Positions 1 to 8,022 of a stretch of DNA of 64,000 nucleotides are shown here, piece by piece. The DNA comes from an uncultured Rhodanobacter sp. (GTDB taxonomy: Bacteria > Pseudomonadota > Gammaproteobacteria > Xanthomonadales > Rhodanobacteraceae), in contig CALCWL010000077.1 in NCBI GenBank assembly GCA_937906285.1, positions 101-64,100 of the forward strand, given 5' to 3'. Position 1 is the stretch's first letter. Every line of letters begins with the position of its first letter. The notes beneath the pieces are model-generated. The model searched no databases and was not told where the DNA came from. It worked only from the letters and a program-made list of their open reading frames with translations. The translations under genes and the position numbers were made by a program.

Positions 1-2
1 CG

Positions 3-455
3 TTCCTCGCCGACCGCGAAATGGGCTCGGGCCATCACCGTGTGGAAGAAGTGGCCGAGTTCCTGCGTCGCATTCCGGAGGCAGTAAAGAACGACGTGCT
101 GATCATCGCCATGACGAACCGCATCGAGATGATCGACCCGGCCATCCAGCGCCGGGGGCGCTTCGATCATGTCATCAAGGTGGACTTCGCCAGCGAGGTC
201 GAAGTGCTGGCACTGCTGGACAAGTTGCTCGCCTCCTTGCCAAAAGAGTCGGATGTGGACGCCAAGCCGCTGGCGAAAGAACTGGCGGGCAGGCCCTTGT
301 CCGACGTCTCTTTCGTGGTGCGCGAAGGTGCGAGGCTGGCGGCGCGCTCCGGCAAGGATCGCCTGGATCAAACCAGCCTTTTGTCCGCTCTGCGCTCGTC
401 ACCGGCGCGGGAGCGTGAAGGCGGTGAAACCAAGCGACGTATCGGATTTGTTTAG
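3..455 (+). CDS. AAA+ ATPase, C-terminal part (5' end outside window)
   Basis: IIAMTNRIEMIDPAIQRRGRFD is the second region of homology/arginine finger of classic AAA ATPases; C-terminal RRIGF; frame is open to the window edge. Confidence 0.85.
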   Translation, partial: FLADREMGSGHHRVEEVAEFLRRIPEAVKNDVLIIAMTNRIEMIDPAIQRRGRFDHVIKVDFASEVEVLALLDKLLASLPKESDVDAKPLAKELAGRPLSDVSFVVREGARLAARSGKDRLDQTSLLSALRSSPAREREGGETKRRIGFV

Positions 456-467
456 GGAGAGGCACTC

Positions 468-1778
468 GTGGTCGAGGGGGAAGACAAAAACAAGAAAGAC
501 GAAAGCAAAGGCTTCGCCGGCCTCTCGTCGCTCGTGTCCGATGTGGATACGTCGCCGCCTCCTGCTGCCAAGAGGGAGCCCACCAGCACGTCTGGCGCTT
601 CTTCGAGTCCACATCCACATCCGCCTCCATCAGCGCAAACGGCACCGGCGCAGCCCCAGCCAAGGCAGCAGCAAACGTATCAAGAGCCTTCGCAACCGTC
701 ATCCGGATCATCTGGCGGCAAGTGGGTGCTCGGCATCGCGGCTGTCATCGGCGTCCTTTGGTTGATCGGCCAGGCCGACAAGCCCACGACCTCGTCAGCG
801 CCCACCTACTCACCACCGGTGCAAAGCGCTGCGCCGAGCTATTCGCCGCCAGCGCAGCCGCAAGAGCCTTCTCGTCCGGCTGAATCTCAGCCGCCGGTTG
901 GGCAAAACACCGTCCTGTCGACAGCGCAGATCCGGTATTGCATGGCCGAGGACATCCGTATGGATGGCGCGAAGGCCGCAGTCAATAACTACATCGACGC
1001 CGACGTGGAACGGTTCAACGCGATGGTGGCCGACTACAACAGCCGTTGCGGCAGCTTCCGCTATCGCAGCGGCGCGCTGGAAAGTGCGCGACGGGACATC
1101 GAGCCGTACAGGGGCCAGCTTCAGTCTGAAGGCCGGAGCAGATTCGCTCGTCCGTCCACTGGCTCACCTTCGACGCCAGCACCAGTGCAATCCAATCCAA
1201 GTACAGCCGTATCCAGTGCTCAAAGTCGCACCGTCCCCGGCCTTGAGTCACTTACATACGACGAGAAGGATGCTATTGAAACCGCCTGCATCCTGAAACG
1301 CAGCGAGGGAGCAGCCAGCTACAACAGGTGCATATCTGCCCAGATTGCTGCTCTCGCCAATGCACCCCGTACACCTGATTTATCAAGTTTGTCCTATGAC
1401 GAAAAAGATGCCATAGAAACCGCGTGCATTCTGAAACGCAGTGAAGGAGCCGCCAGTTACAACCGCTGTCTAGCCTCTCAACTTAGTGCCCTTTCCAACG
1501 CTCCACGCAAACCTGATCTGTCGGGCTTGTCTTACGACGAAAAGGATGCCATCGAAACTGCATGCATCCTGAAACGTAGCGAGGGAGCCGCCAGTTATAA
1601 CAGGTGTGTGGTTGCTCAACTTCGCGCTCTTGCCAATGCACCGCGACTACCCAGCTTGGCAGGGTTGTCCTATGACGAGAAGGATGCCATTGAAACTGCC
1701 TGCATCCTGAAACGCAGTGAAGGGGCCGCAAGCTACAACAGGTGTGTGGTTACTCAACTTCGCGCACTAGGCAGATAG
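468..1778 (+). CDS. Single-pass membrane protein with Pro-rich linkers and four C-terminal 46-aa Cys-pair repeats
   Basis: GTG start after GGAGAGG; TM segment WVLGIAAVIGVLWLIG; repeats YDEKDAIETACILKRSEGAASYNRC. Confidence 0.75.
   Translation: MVEGEDKNKKDESKGFAGLSSLVSDVDTSPPPAAKREPTSTSGASSSPHPHPPPSAQTAPAQPQPRQQQTYQEPSQPSSGSSGGKWVLGIAAVIGVLWLIGQADKPTTSSAPTYSPPVQSAAPSYSPPAQPQEPSRPAESQPPVGQNTVLSTAQIRYCMAEDIRMDGAKAAVNNYIDADVERFNAMVADYNSRCGSFRYRSGALESARRDIEPYRGQLQSEGRSRFARPSTGSPSTPAPVQSNPSTAVSSAQSRTVPGLESLTYDEKDAIETACILKRSEGAASYNRCISAQIAALANAPRTPDLSSLSYDEKDAIETACILKRSEGAASYNRCLASQLSALSNAPRKPDLSGLSYDEKDAIETACILKRSEGAASYNRCVVAQLRALANAPRLPSLAGLSYDEKDAIETACILKRSEGAASYNRCVVTQLRALGR
1239..1775 (+). repeat. 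Four tandem 138-bp (46-aa) coding repeats
   Basis: Tyr codon of YDEKDA at 1257, 1395, 1533 and 1671 (period 138). Confidence 0.95.
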
Positions 1779-1792
1779 GAGCGATCATCGAT

Positions 1793-3817
1793 ATGGCAAT
1801 GGCAATCTGCTTTAAATGCGGTTCTGCAAAATCCGGCGCACTGGTCGCCTGCCGGAGTTGTAATGCTGCGCCGCGCACGAACAGCGAGTATGCCGTTTCG
1901 CTCGCGCTCTCCGACCATCTGTCGTCCAAAGATCAACTGGCCCAGTACAGCCACGAACTTCGCAACGGTCAGAAACTGTCTGTGCCGCGTGAGGCGCTTG
2001 TTCAGGCGCTGGATGCACTGAAAGACCCACAGCTCCTGGCGATGCTCGGCGCGCAAGCAGCAGCTCCCGCTCCAGCACCATCCGCCCCAGCAGCAACCCG
2101 ACAGCCTCCACCTGCACCGTCGGCAGCTTCGCAACGGTCAGCCCCGCCGCCACCGTCTATCAGGCCGGAGCGTCGACTCACCAAGACGGCCCTCCATCAG
2201 TCCCCGTTCGCCATCTTGGGCGTGACGACACGCGATGACCGCAGACGCATCGTCGAGCTTGCGGAAGAGAAGTCACTGGAACTGGATCACGAGGTTTGCC
2301 AGAAGGCGCGTTCTGATCTGACCAATCCACGCAACCGACTGAGCGTGGAAATGGCTTGGCTCCCCGGCGTCTCGCCTCGCAAGGCATCTCAACTTTTTGA
2401 CAGCCTGGTTCACAACCCGATGGCGATTCGGGAAGAGTCTGGTCTGCCTACGCTGGCACACCTGAACCTGCTGGCCGCTGCATTTGAGGCTGTGGATGGT
2501 GAGCACGATGCGGACGATTTGGCTGAGTTCATCATGGAGACCGCCTACCTTGCCGAAGAGCTAAGCCCCGAGGATGTCCTGCGCGACCTCAATGAGGATC
2601 GCGCCGTCTCCGGCTTTCCGGAAGTGCGTGCGCTCGACCAGATCGAAGCCGAATTGAACGAGCGCAAGCGGTACTACCGCATCGCCATCAAAGACGCCCT
2701 CGACAGACTTCCGCCAATGACGCTGATCCAAGTGATGACGGAAGCCGTCGATGGCGTGACTTCGGGCGGTGAAGATCATGCACCGGGGCTGGTCGATGAT
2801 CTCGTGGACAGCTACGAGGTGGAAACCCAAGGCATCCTGCAAAAGGAAGCGGAAAACGTCCACAAGCTCATCAAGGTGGCCAGAGAGCATGCCGACTCCG
2901 GCGAAGCAGCCGTCAAGCCTTACGTGGACAAGCTTGATGTGGTTGCACGTAATTGGGACAAGATCGCCCAGCCCATTCAACTGAGTTCGAAGGCGCGCGG
3001 TATCGACCACGAAGCGAGCCGTCACTTGGCCTATGAGATTCGTAGCCTCGCTATCGACTTATTCAACAAGCATGACATGTTGGCGCAGTCTCAGCGACTG
3101 ACCGGTCTGATTCAGGAGCTTTTTTCTGAAGTACCGGAAATCGCAGATCGAGTTGAGGAAGATGCGGACGCGCTCGCGGACATCTTCCAACAGCGCCAGC
3201 AGGCTGTGGCCCGCAAAGATGAGTGGGCGCGCGAAATATCTTACCGTGCCGAGATTGGCGTCATGTTCAAGGACACTTTGAGCATCTCGCCCCAGGGCGT
3301 CTCATGGAAGGGGCAGAACTTTCCCCTCGACTCGATCACGCGCGTTCGTTGGGGCGGCGTCAGTCATTCTGTCAATGGCATCCCCACAGGAACGACCTAC
3401 ACGATTGCGTTCGGCAATCGAAGTTCCGAAGCAGTTGTGGAACTGAAGAAGCAGGACATCTACAGCACGTTCATCGACAAGCTCTGGCGTGCGGTCTGCG
3501 TGCGTCTGCTCACCGAAATGCTCGAAGCCCTGAAAGATGGTCGCGATCTGCACTTCGGTGATGCGCTCCTGCACGACGACGGCATCACGCTGGTGAAGCG
3601 CAAGTTCCTCGGCTCCAACGAGAAGGTGCGTTGTTCGTGGGGCCAGGTCCACGTATGGAGTGCTGATGGTTCTTTCTGTATCGGAGCCAAGGACGACAAG
3701 AAGGTGAATGCCGGGATTTCCTATATTCACGGTGCGAACACGCACGTTTTGGAGCAGGCCATTCGCATGGGTTTCAAGAAGCCTGGGATGCGCCGTTTGA
3801 GCGAGCTGCTGCAGTGA
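1793..3817 (+). CDS. Multidomain hypothetical protein: Zn ribbon, Pro linker, degenerate J-like domain, helical region, two PH-like domains
   Basis: CFKC...CRSC; SPFAILGV...LTNPRNRL resembles a J-domain scaffold without HPD; ATG at 1793 follows AGGAG. Confidence 0.6.
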   Translation: MAMAICFKCGSAKSGALVACRSCNAAPRTNSEYAVSLALSDHLSSKDQLAQYSHELRNGQKLSVPREALVQALDALKDPQLLAMLGAQAAAPAPAPSAPAATRQPPPAPSAASQRSAPPPPSIRPERRLTKTALHQSPFAILGVTTRDDRRRIVELAEEKSLELDHEVCQKARSDLTNPRNRLSVEMAWLPGVSPRKASQLFDSLVHNPMAIREESGLPTLAHLNLLAAAFEAVDGEHDADDLAEFIMETAYLAEELSPEDVLRDLNEDRAVSGFPEVRALDQIEAELNERKRYYRIAIKDALDRLPPMTLIQVMTEAVDGVTSGGEDHAPGLVDDLVDSYEVETQGILQKEAENVHKLIKVAREHADSGEAAVKPYVDKLDVVARNWDKIAQPIQLSSKARGIDHEASRHLAYEIRSLAIDLFNKHDMLAQSQRLTGLIQELFSEVPEIADRVEEDADALADIFQQRQQAVARKDEWAREISYRAEIGVMFKDTLSISPQGVSWKGQNFPLDSITRVRWGGVSHSVNGIPTGTTYTIAFGNRSSEAVVELKKQDIYSTFIDKLWRAVCVRLLTEMLEALKDGRDLHFGDALLHDDGITLVKRKFLGSNEKVRCSWGQVHVWSADGSFCIGAKDDKKVNAGISYIHGANTHVLEQAIRMGFKKPGMRRLSELLQ

Positions 3818-3845
3818 TTTAATCAAGAAATATTGGGGAGTTTTT

Positions 3846-4490
3846 ATGGGGTTTCTGTCGAACCTGTTCGGGGGCAATAAAGAGGACAAGGCGCTGCGCG
3901 AGGCATTGGCGCAGATTCACCGCATCCTCGATGACGAAGCATTCCAGTTGGAACTCGTCCATCCTGCAATGAAGGCGATGCTGGAGTCGGCTCCCGCCTA
4001 TGACAAAGACCCGAACGGCAGCGGCCCTTTCGGCTTCACCGAGTCCAATCCGATTCCAGTCAACGGGCCAATCGGCCAGCTGGCGTATCTGTCCAAACTC
4101 GAAACCCAGTCTGGTCAGCGCATCCTTTTTCATCGTCTCGGTGCCATCGACACGGTAGACGTGTTCGAGGCCGTGACGTTCAACGGTGCAGAGTGGTTCA
4201 TCCTGTTCGTTGATCTTTACCATCCGCGACGCTCGCGCCTCACCCCGGACGGTTTCCGTTTCACGAAAGAGGTCGCGCAGTTCTCCGGCTTCCACAAGTT
4301 TTGCGAGAACTTTCCCTACGACTTCGTCGAGAAGAAGGCGTCCGAGCGCGAATCGGGACTGAGCATGGCCTACATCGCCATCAGCAAGGTGTCCGACCAA
4401 ATCCAGAATCGAGTCTTCAATCGGCCGCTGGCTCACAAGGCCAAGCTCGATCTCGTGAAGAGCCGGTTGTCGAGCTTCCAATCCCAATAG
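3846..4490 (+). CDS. Hypothetical protein
   Basis: 214-aa ORF with GGGGAG RBS, co-oriented in the cluster. Confidence 0.7.
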   Translation: MGFLSNLFGGNKEDKALREALAQIHRILDDEAFQLELVHPAMKAMLESAPAYDKDPNGSGPFGFTESNPIPVNGPIGQLAYLSKLETQSGQRILFHRLGAIDTVDVFEAVTFNGAEWFILFVDLYHPRRSRLTPDGFRFTKEVAQFSGFHKFCENFPYDFVEKKASERESGLSMAYIAISKVSDQIQNRVFNRPLAHKAKLDLVKSRLSSFQSQ

Positions 4491-4499
4491 GTGACGCCG

Positions 4500-4988
4500 A
4501 TGAAGAAACCGCTTCTCGCGACGCTCGCCGCATTGATGGGCCTCCAGGCCGCACCCGCCCTGGCCGAGAACTACGAGGTGAACCTGACCCGCAAGGGCAG
4601 TAACGTTTACAAGATTGACGGCAAGGACATCATCATCCAGACACGCTACTGCTACGTCTACGCCTACTCTGAGGAGGCGATCTTCAAGACGTCAGGCTAC
4701 GGCGGCGAGGTGATTTTCTTCGACAGCAAGGACAAATGCGATGTGAAGGCGGTCTTTGGCGTGTCGAAGCAGAAGCCGGGGAAATACGTGGTGACAGTCA
4801 GCCATGAGGACGACGACTGGTATGAGGTTTTTGGAACCAGCTCGTACATCAAGACATCAAGCTGCCTGTCTCTTGCCCTTGGCGAGGAGGCTTACCTGAC
4901 CATTGCGAATTCCGGGTTCGGAAGACTGCGCTTCAAAGATGGCAACGACTGCATGGTCGAAGCCGTTTACACCAAGCTGCGGCTATGA
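4500..4988 (+). CDS. Secreted protein with two internal beta-rich Cys-containing repeats
   Basis: Signal peptide MKKPLLATLAALMGLQAAPALA; halves YEVNLT..TRYC..EEA and YVVTVS..TSSC..EEA. Confidence 0.7.
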   Translation: MKKPLLATLAALMGLQAAPALAENYEVNLTRKGSNVYKIDGKDIIIQTRYCYVYAYSEEAIFKTSGYGGEVIFFDSKDKCDVKAVFGVSKQKPGKYVVTVSHEDDDWYEVFGTSSYIKTSSCLSLALGEEAYLTIANSGFGRLRFKDGNDCMVEAVYTKLRL

Positions 4989-5005
4989 GAGGGAGATGAT
5001 GAACC

Positions 5006-6058
5006 GTGGCTGCTGCTGACGACAAACAAAAGGGAGGTGCCACAGGCTTCTCCGGTCTTTCGACACTCGTCTCCGATGTCGAAGACAACCGTCCTGCCAG
5101 CAAAACTGCGCCGGAAGTCGCCCCGCCGCCGAGCAACCCACCGCCTCCAGAACCTACGCCCACACGGGCCGAGGACGCCCCGGCTGCATCCACCGCACCT
5201 CAATCGCCCAACGGAAAAAGCGACAGTTCTTCCGATGTGACCACCGGCAAATGGATGGTCGGCATCGGGTTGGGAATCGGGCTTCTGCTCATCATCTTCG
5301 TCAACTCAAGCAAGAACGAGTCTACCCGCCCGGTTGCGGCTCCCGCCGCACAGACCCCGGTCGCTGCTGTCCCCGCCTATCAACCGCCACCTCCCCCGCC
5401 AGTCACGCCGAGGCAGCAGCCCACCCAAGAGGCGGTCATCCGGCGAAGCGCCGCCACGGAATCCGTGAACGTGCTCGGCCAGCAGGTTGTGTTCTCGAAC
5501 CCAAGCGGCTACTGCACACCGGGCAAGTCGGCACGGGAAATCGAACTGATGGACATGGCACGGCGTTCCCTCGGAGAAGGTTCTCGCCTCGTGCATGCCG
5601 CAGTCCTTTGTTCAGAACTGAAGGACTACAGGCAGGGCCAGCGGGAAATGCTGGATCACTGGCTGCAAATCCAACTCATCGGGCCGAAGGGAAATTTCCA
5701 GCGAATCGAGGTACCGCGCGAGACGTTCCTGTCCGGCCTTTCCAAGTCGAGTCCGCGGGTGAATCCTGCCGAACTCAATCGACGGCTGAAGGCGTCGTTC
5801 GAGAACAGCGACATCAGCCTGTCCGACATGAAGTTTGAGCCGATTGGGCGGGACGGCAACGCGGTCTATTTTTCCATGCGAATGAACATGAGCATTGGGG
5901 AAACCAGCCGACCGATTTCCGGGATCAGCGGAATCACCCTTCTAAACTCTCTCCCTCTGTCGATCAACGTCTATGAAGGCACCGGCTCGCAGCAGAGCCG
6001 TGGCCAGTTGCAGGCCATCCAGCAGGAGTTGCTGAACAGCCTCCTCACCGAGAACTGA
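5006..6058 (+). CDS. Single-pass membrane protein with Pro-rich linkers
   Basis: TM segment WMVGIGLGIGLLLIIFV; N-terminal GFSGLSTLVSDVE shared with the 468 ORF. Confidence 0.7.
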   Translation: MAAADDKQKGGATGFSGLSTLVSDVEDNRPASKTAPEVAPPPSNPPPPEPTPTRAEDAPAASTAPQSPNGKSDSSSDVTTGKWMVGIGLGIGLLLIIFVNSSKNESTRPVAAPAAQTPVAAVPAYQPPPPPPVTPRQQPTQEAVIRRSAATESVNVLGQQVVFSNPSGYCTPGKSAREIELMDMARRSLGEGSRLVHAAVLCSELKDYRQGQREMLDHWLQIQLIGPKGNFQRIEVPRETFLSGLSKSSPRVNPAELNRRLKASFENSDISLSDMKFEPIGRDGNAVYFSMRMNMSIGETSRPISGISGITLLNSLPLSINVYEGTGSQQSRGQLQAIQQELLNSLLTEN

Positions 6059-6711
6059 TGATGAACAGAGCAAGATCAACATTCGCCGCCCTGTACCTCT
6101 GCTTGCTGGCCGTGGTCGCCCTGCCAGTCGCCGCGCAGACGACGGGCCATACCAAGCTCAACGTCAAAGGCCGAGTGCAACTCGAAATCCCGAGCGACTG
6201 GACAATCAGCGATGCGGAACAGCGAAAGCGCGTCAAGGAGTTTGGAGAGAAGCTCGTCGGGATTCCAACTCAGCACACTGCCTCACTTGCGGCGCAGTCC
6301 TACCCCGCGCCGTCACGAACGATGGTCAGGGTGTCGTTCATCCCGATGGAGCCACCAATCACTCAGGCCGATGTGCGGCAGGAAGTCCAAGCGAACAAGC
6401 AGCAGGTGCTGAAGGACTTGGCTGATACCTGGCGGGAAGAGGCCCCGACGATGTGGGCGGGTTTGGCAAAGAACGGTGTGAAAGAAGTGGGCCGCGCCAG
6501 CGTTGCCGTCGAGCCACTTGGCGGCCAGCTCGCCCTGATTATTCGCTACGCGCGCACCTCGACTGCCAATCCGGCCGAGACCATGAGAGTGACCCAGTAC
6601 CACGTGCCTCTGGGCGCTGAAAAGGCGCTGATCACGCTTTCGTACATTGAGAGCGATCCGCAAGCGACAGCAGCACACAACCGATTGAAGAACAGCATCG
6701 TGATCCGATAA
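6058..6711 (+). CDS. Secreted/periplasmic hypothetical protein
   Basis: Signal peptide ending LPVAA-Q; TGATG coupling to the upstream gene. Confidence 0.7.
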   Translation: MMNRARSTFAALYLCLLAVVALPVAAQTTGHTKLNVKGRVQLEIPSDWTISDAEQRKRVKEFGEKLVGIPTQHTASLAAQSYPAPSRTMVRVSFIPMEPPITQADVRQEVQANKQQVLKDLADTWREEAPTMWAGLAKNGVKEVGRASVAVEPLGGQLALIIRYARTSTANPAETMRVTQYHVPLGAEKALITLSYIESDPQATAAHNRLKNSIVIR

Positions 6712-6729
6712 GAAGAGCAGGAACCGCCA

Positions 6730-7359
6730 ATGGCCTACGAAGATCCCAACGCACCGTCGCCCGCCTCCAACAACCAGGCCCAACAATCAACGTCGCCTGT
6801 TGATCAAAGCAAGAGCTTTCTTGGCGGGCAACATCACCCGTGGCGACGATTGTTCGCGCGCACGGTCGATATCTGCACGGCAGGATTCCTGCTGTTCCTG
6901 ATCCTGATATTCGCTTTTAGCGCAACGATGCCCGAACAGGCGGCGGGCTTTGCAAAGGCAATAGAGAATCCGATTGTCGCCAGCGTCGTGCTGTATTTGA
7001 TCTGGCTGCCTGCTGAGGCGGTGCTGCTGTCGTTGTTCGGGACGACTCCGGCCAAGTGGCTGTTCGGCATCAAGGTCGCGCACCCTGGAGGCGGCTTGCT
7101 GTCCTTTTCGGAGTCGCTGAACCGCTCGTTTCTGGTCTTTGTTCAGGGCGTCGGGTTCGGCATTCCATTCGTCGCACTGTTCACGCAGTTGTTCGCGTAT
7201 CGGCGGCTGACGAAAACGGGCACGACGCTGTGGGATACATCGACAAGCGCGGAGGTGCTTCACAGAAAGTGGGGCGTGTTCCGCGCGCTCATGTGTACTG
7301 CCGCCGTGTTCGCCGTACTGATTCTGATGAGTGCCTTGAACGCGGCAGGCAATCGATAA
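6730..7359 (+). CDS. RDD family membrane protein
   Basis: PWRRLFARTVD, GTTPAKWLFGIKV and TLWD motifs with TM helices. Confidence 0.85.
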   Translation: MAYEDPNAPSPASNNQAQQSTSPVDQSKSFLGGQHHPWRRLFARTVDICTAGFLLFLILIFAFSATMPEQAAGFAKAIENPIVASVVLYLIWLPAEAVLLSLFGTTPAKWLFGIKVAHPGGGLLSFSESLNRSFLVFVQGVGFGIPFVALFTQLFAYRRLTKTGTTLWDTSTSAEVLHRKWGVFRALMCTAAVFAVLILMSALNAAGNR

Positions 7360-7377
7360 CGACAACAGGAGGAACCA

Positions 7378-7668
7378 ATGGCATACGAAGACCCCAACGC
7401 GCCGTCACAGCCCCAGACGCGCGCGCCTGCCGCACCTGCAGCAGCACCAGCGGCCACACCCGAAAAGAAGTCCGGCTCATGGGACTGGCTGTGGCCGTCC
7501 ATTGTTGCGGTCATCATCGTCAAGGTGTTCGGCCTCGTTGGCGGCCTGGTTACCTTTGGCTGCTACTACTGGCTCAAACCGAAGCTGGGAACGTGGGGCG
7601 CGGTTGCTGCCTCCGGCGTCATCGGCGTGGTGGTTGCCATCGGCCTCATGGCAATGATTCGTAGCTGA
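7378..7668 (+). CDS. Small membrane protein
   Basis: AGGAGG RBS; hydrophobic helices; N-terminus MAYEDPNAPS identical to the RDD protein. Confidence 0.7.
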   Translation: MAYEDPNAPSQPQTRAPAAPAAAPAATPEKKSGSWDWLWPSIVAVIIVKVFGLVGGLVTFGCYYWLKPKLGTWGAVAASGVIGVVVAIGLMAMIRS

Positions 7669-7818
7669 TCCTTCCCGCTGCTCAGCGCACCGACTCGCTC
7701 GTAGCTGTTTCCCGCCACGCCACCGACTGACCGAGCCTCGGTCTGGCCGACGTCGCCCAAACGTGGGAGAATTGGCAGGATTTGGCAATCATATTTCAAC
7801 GTCGGCAAGGGCAAGGCG

Positions 7819-8022
7819 ATGGCAGACGCAGAAGACGAAATCCTCACGCTGGATGAAGTCGCGGCCTACCTGAAGGCGGGCAAGCGCACGGTCTACCGGC
7901 TCGCGGCGGACAAGAAGATCCCGGCGTTCAAGCTCGGCGGCACTTGGCGGTTCCGCAAGGCCGATCTGGAGCAGTGGATTGCGCAGCAAACAACAGGCGG
8001 CCAACGCGAGGGGAACGCATGA
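7819..8022 (+). CDS. Excisionase/MerR-like helix-turn-helix regulator heading the hsd operon
   Basis: ILTLDEVAAYLK..RTVYRLA...IPAFKLGGTWRF (HTH_17 pattern); ATGA overlap with hsdM. Confidence 0.85.
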   Translation: MADAEDEILTLDEVAAYLKAGKRTVYRLAADKKIPAFKLGGTWRFRKADLEQWIAQQTTGGQREGNA

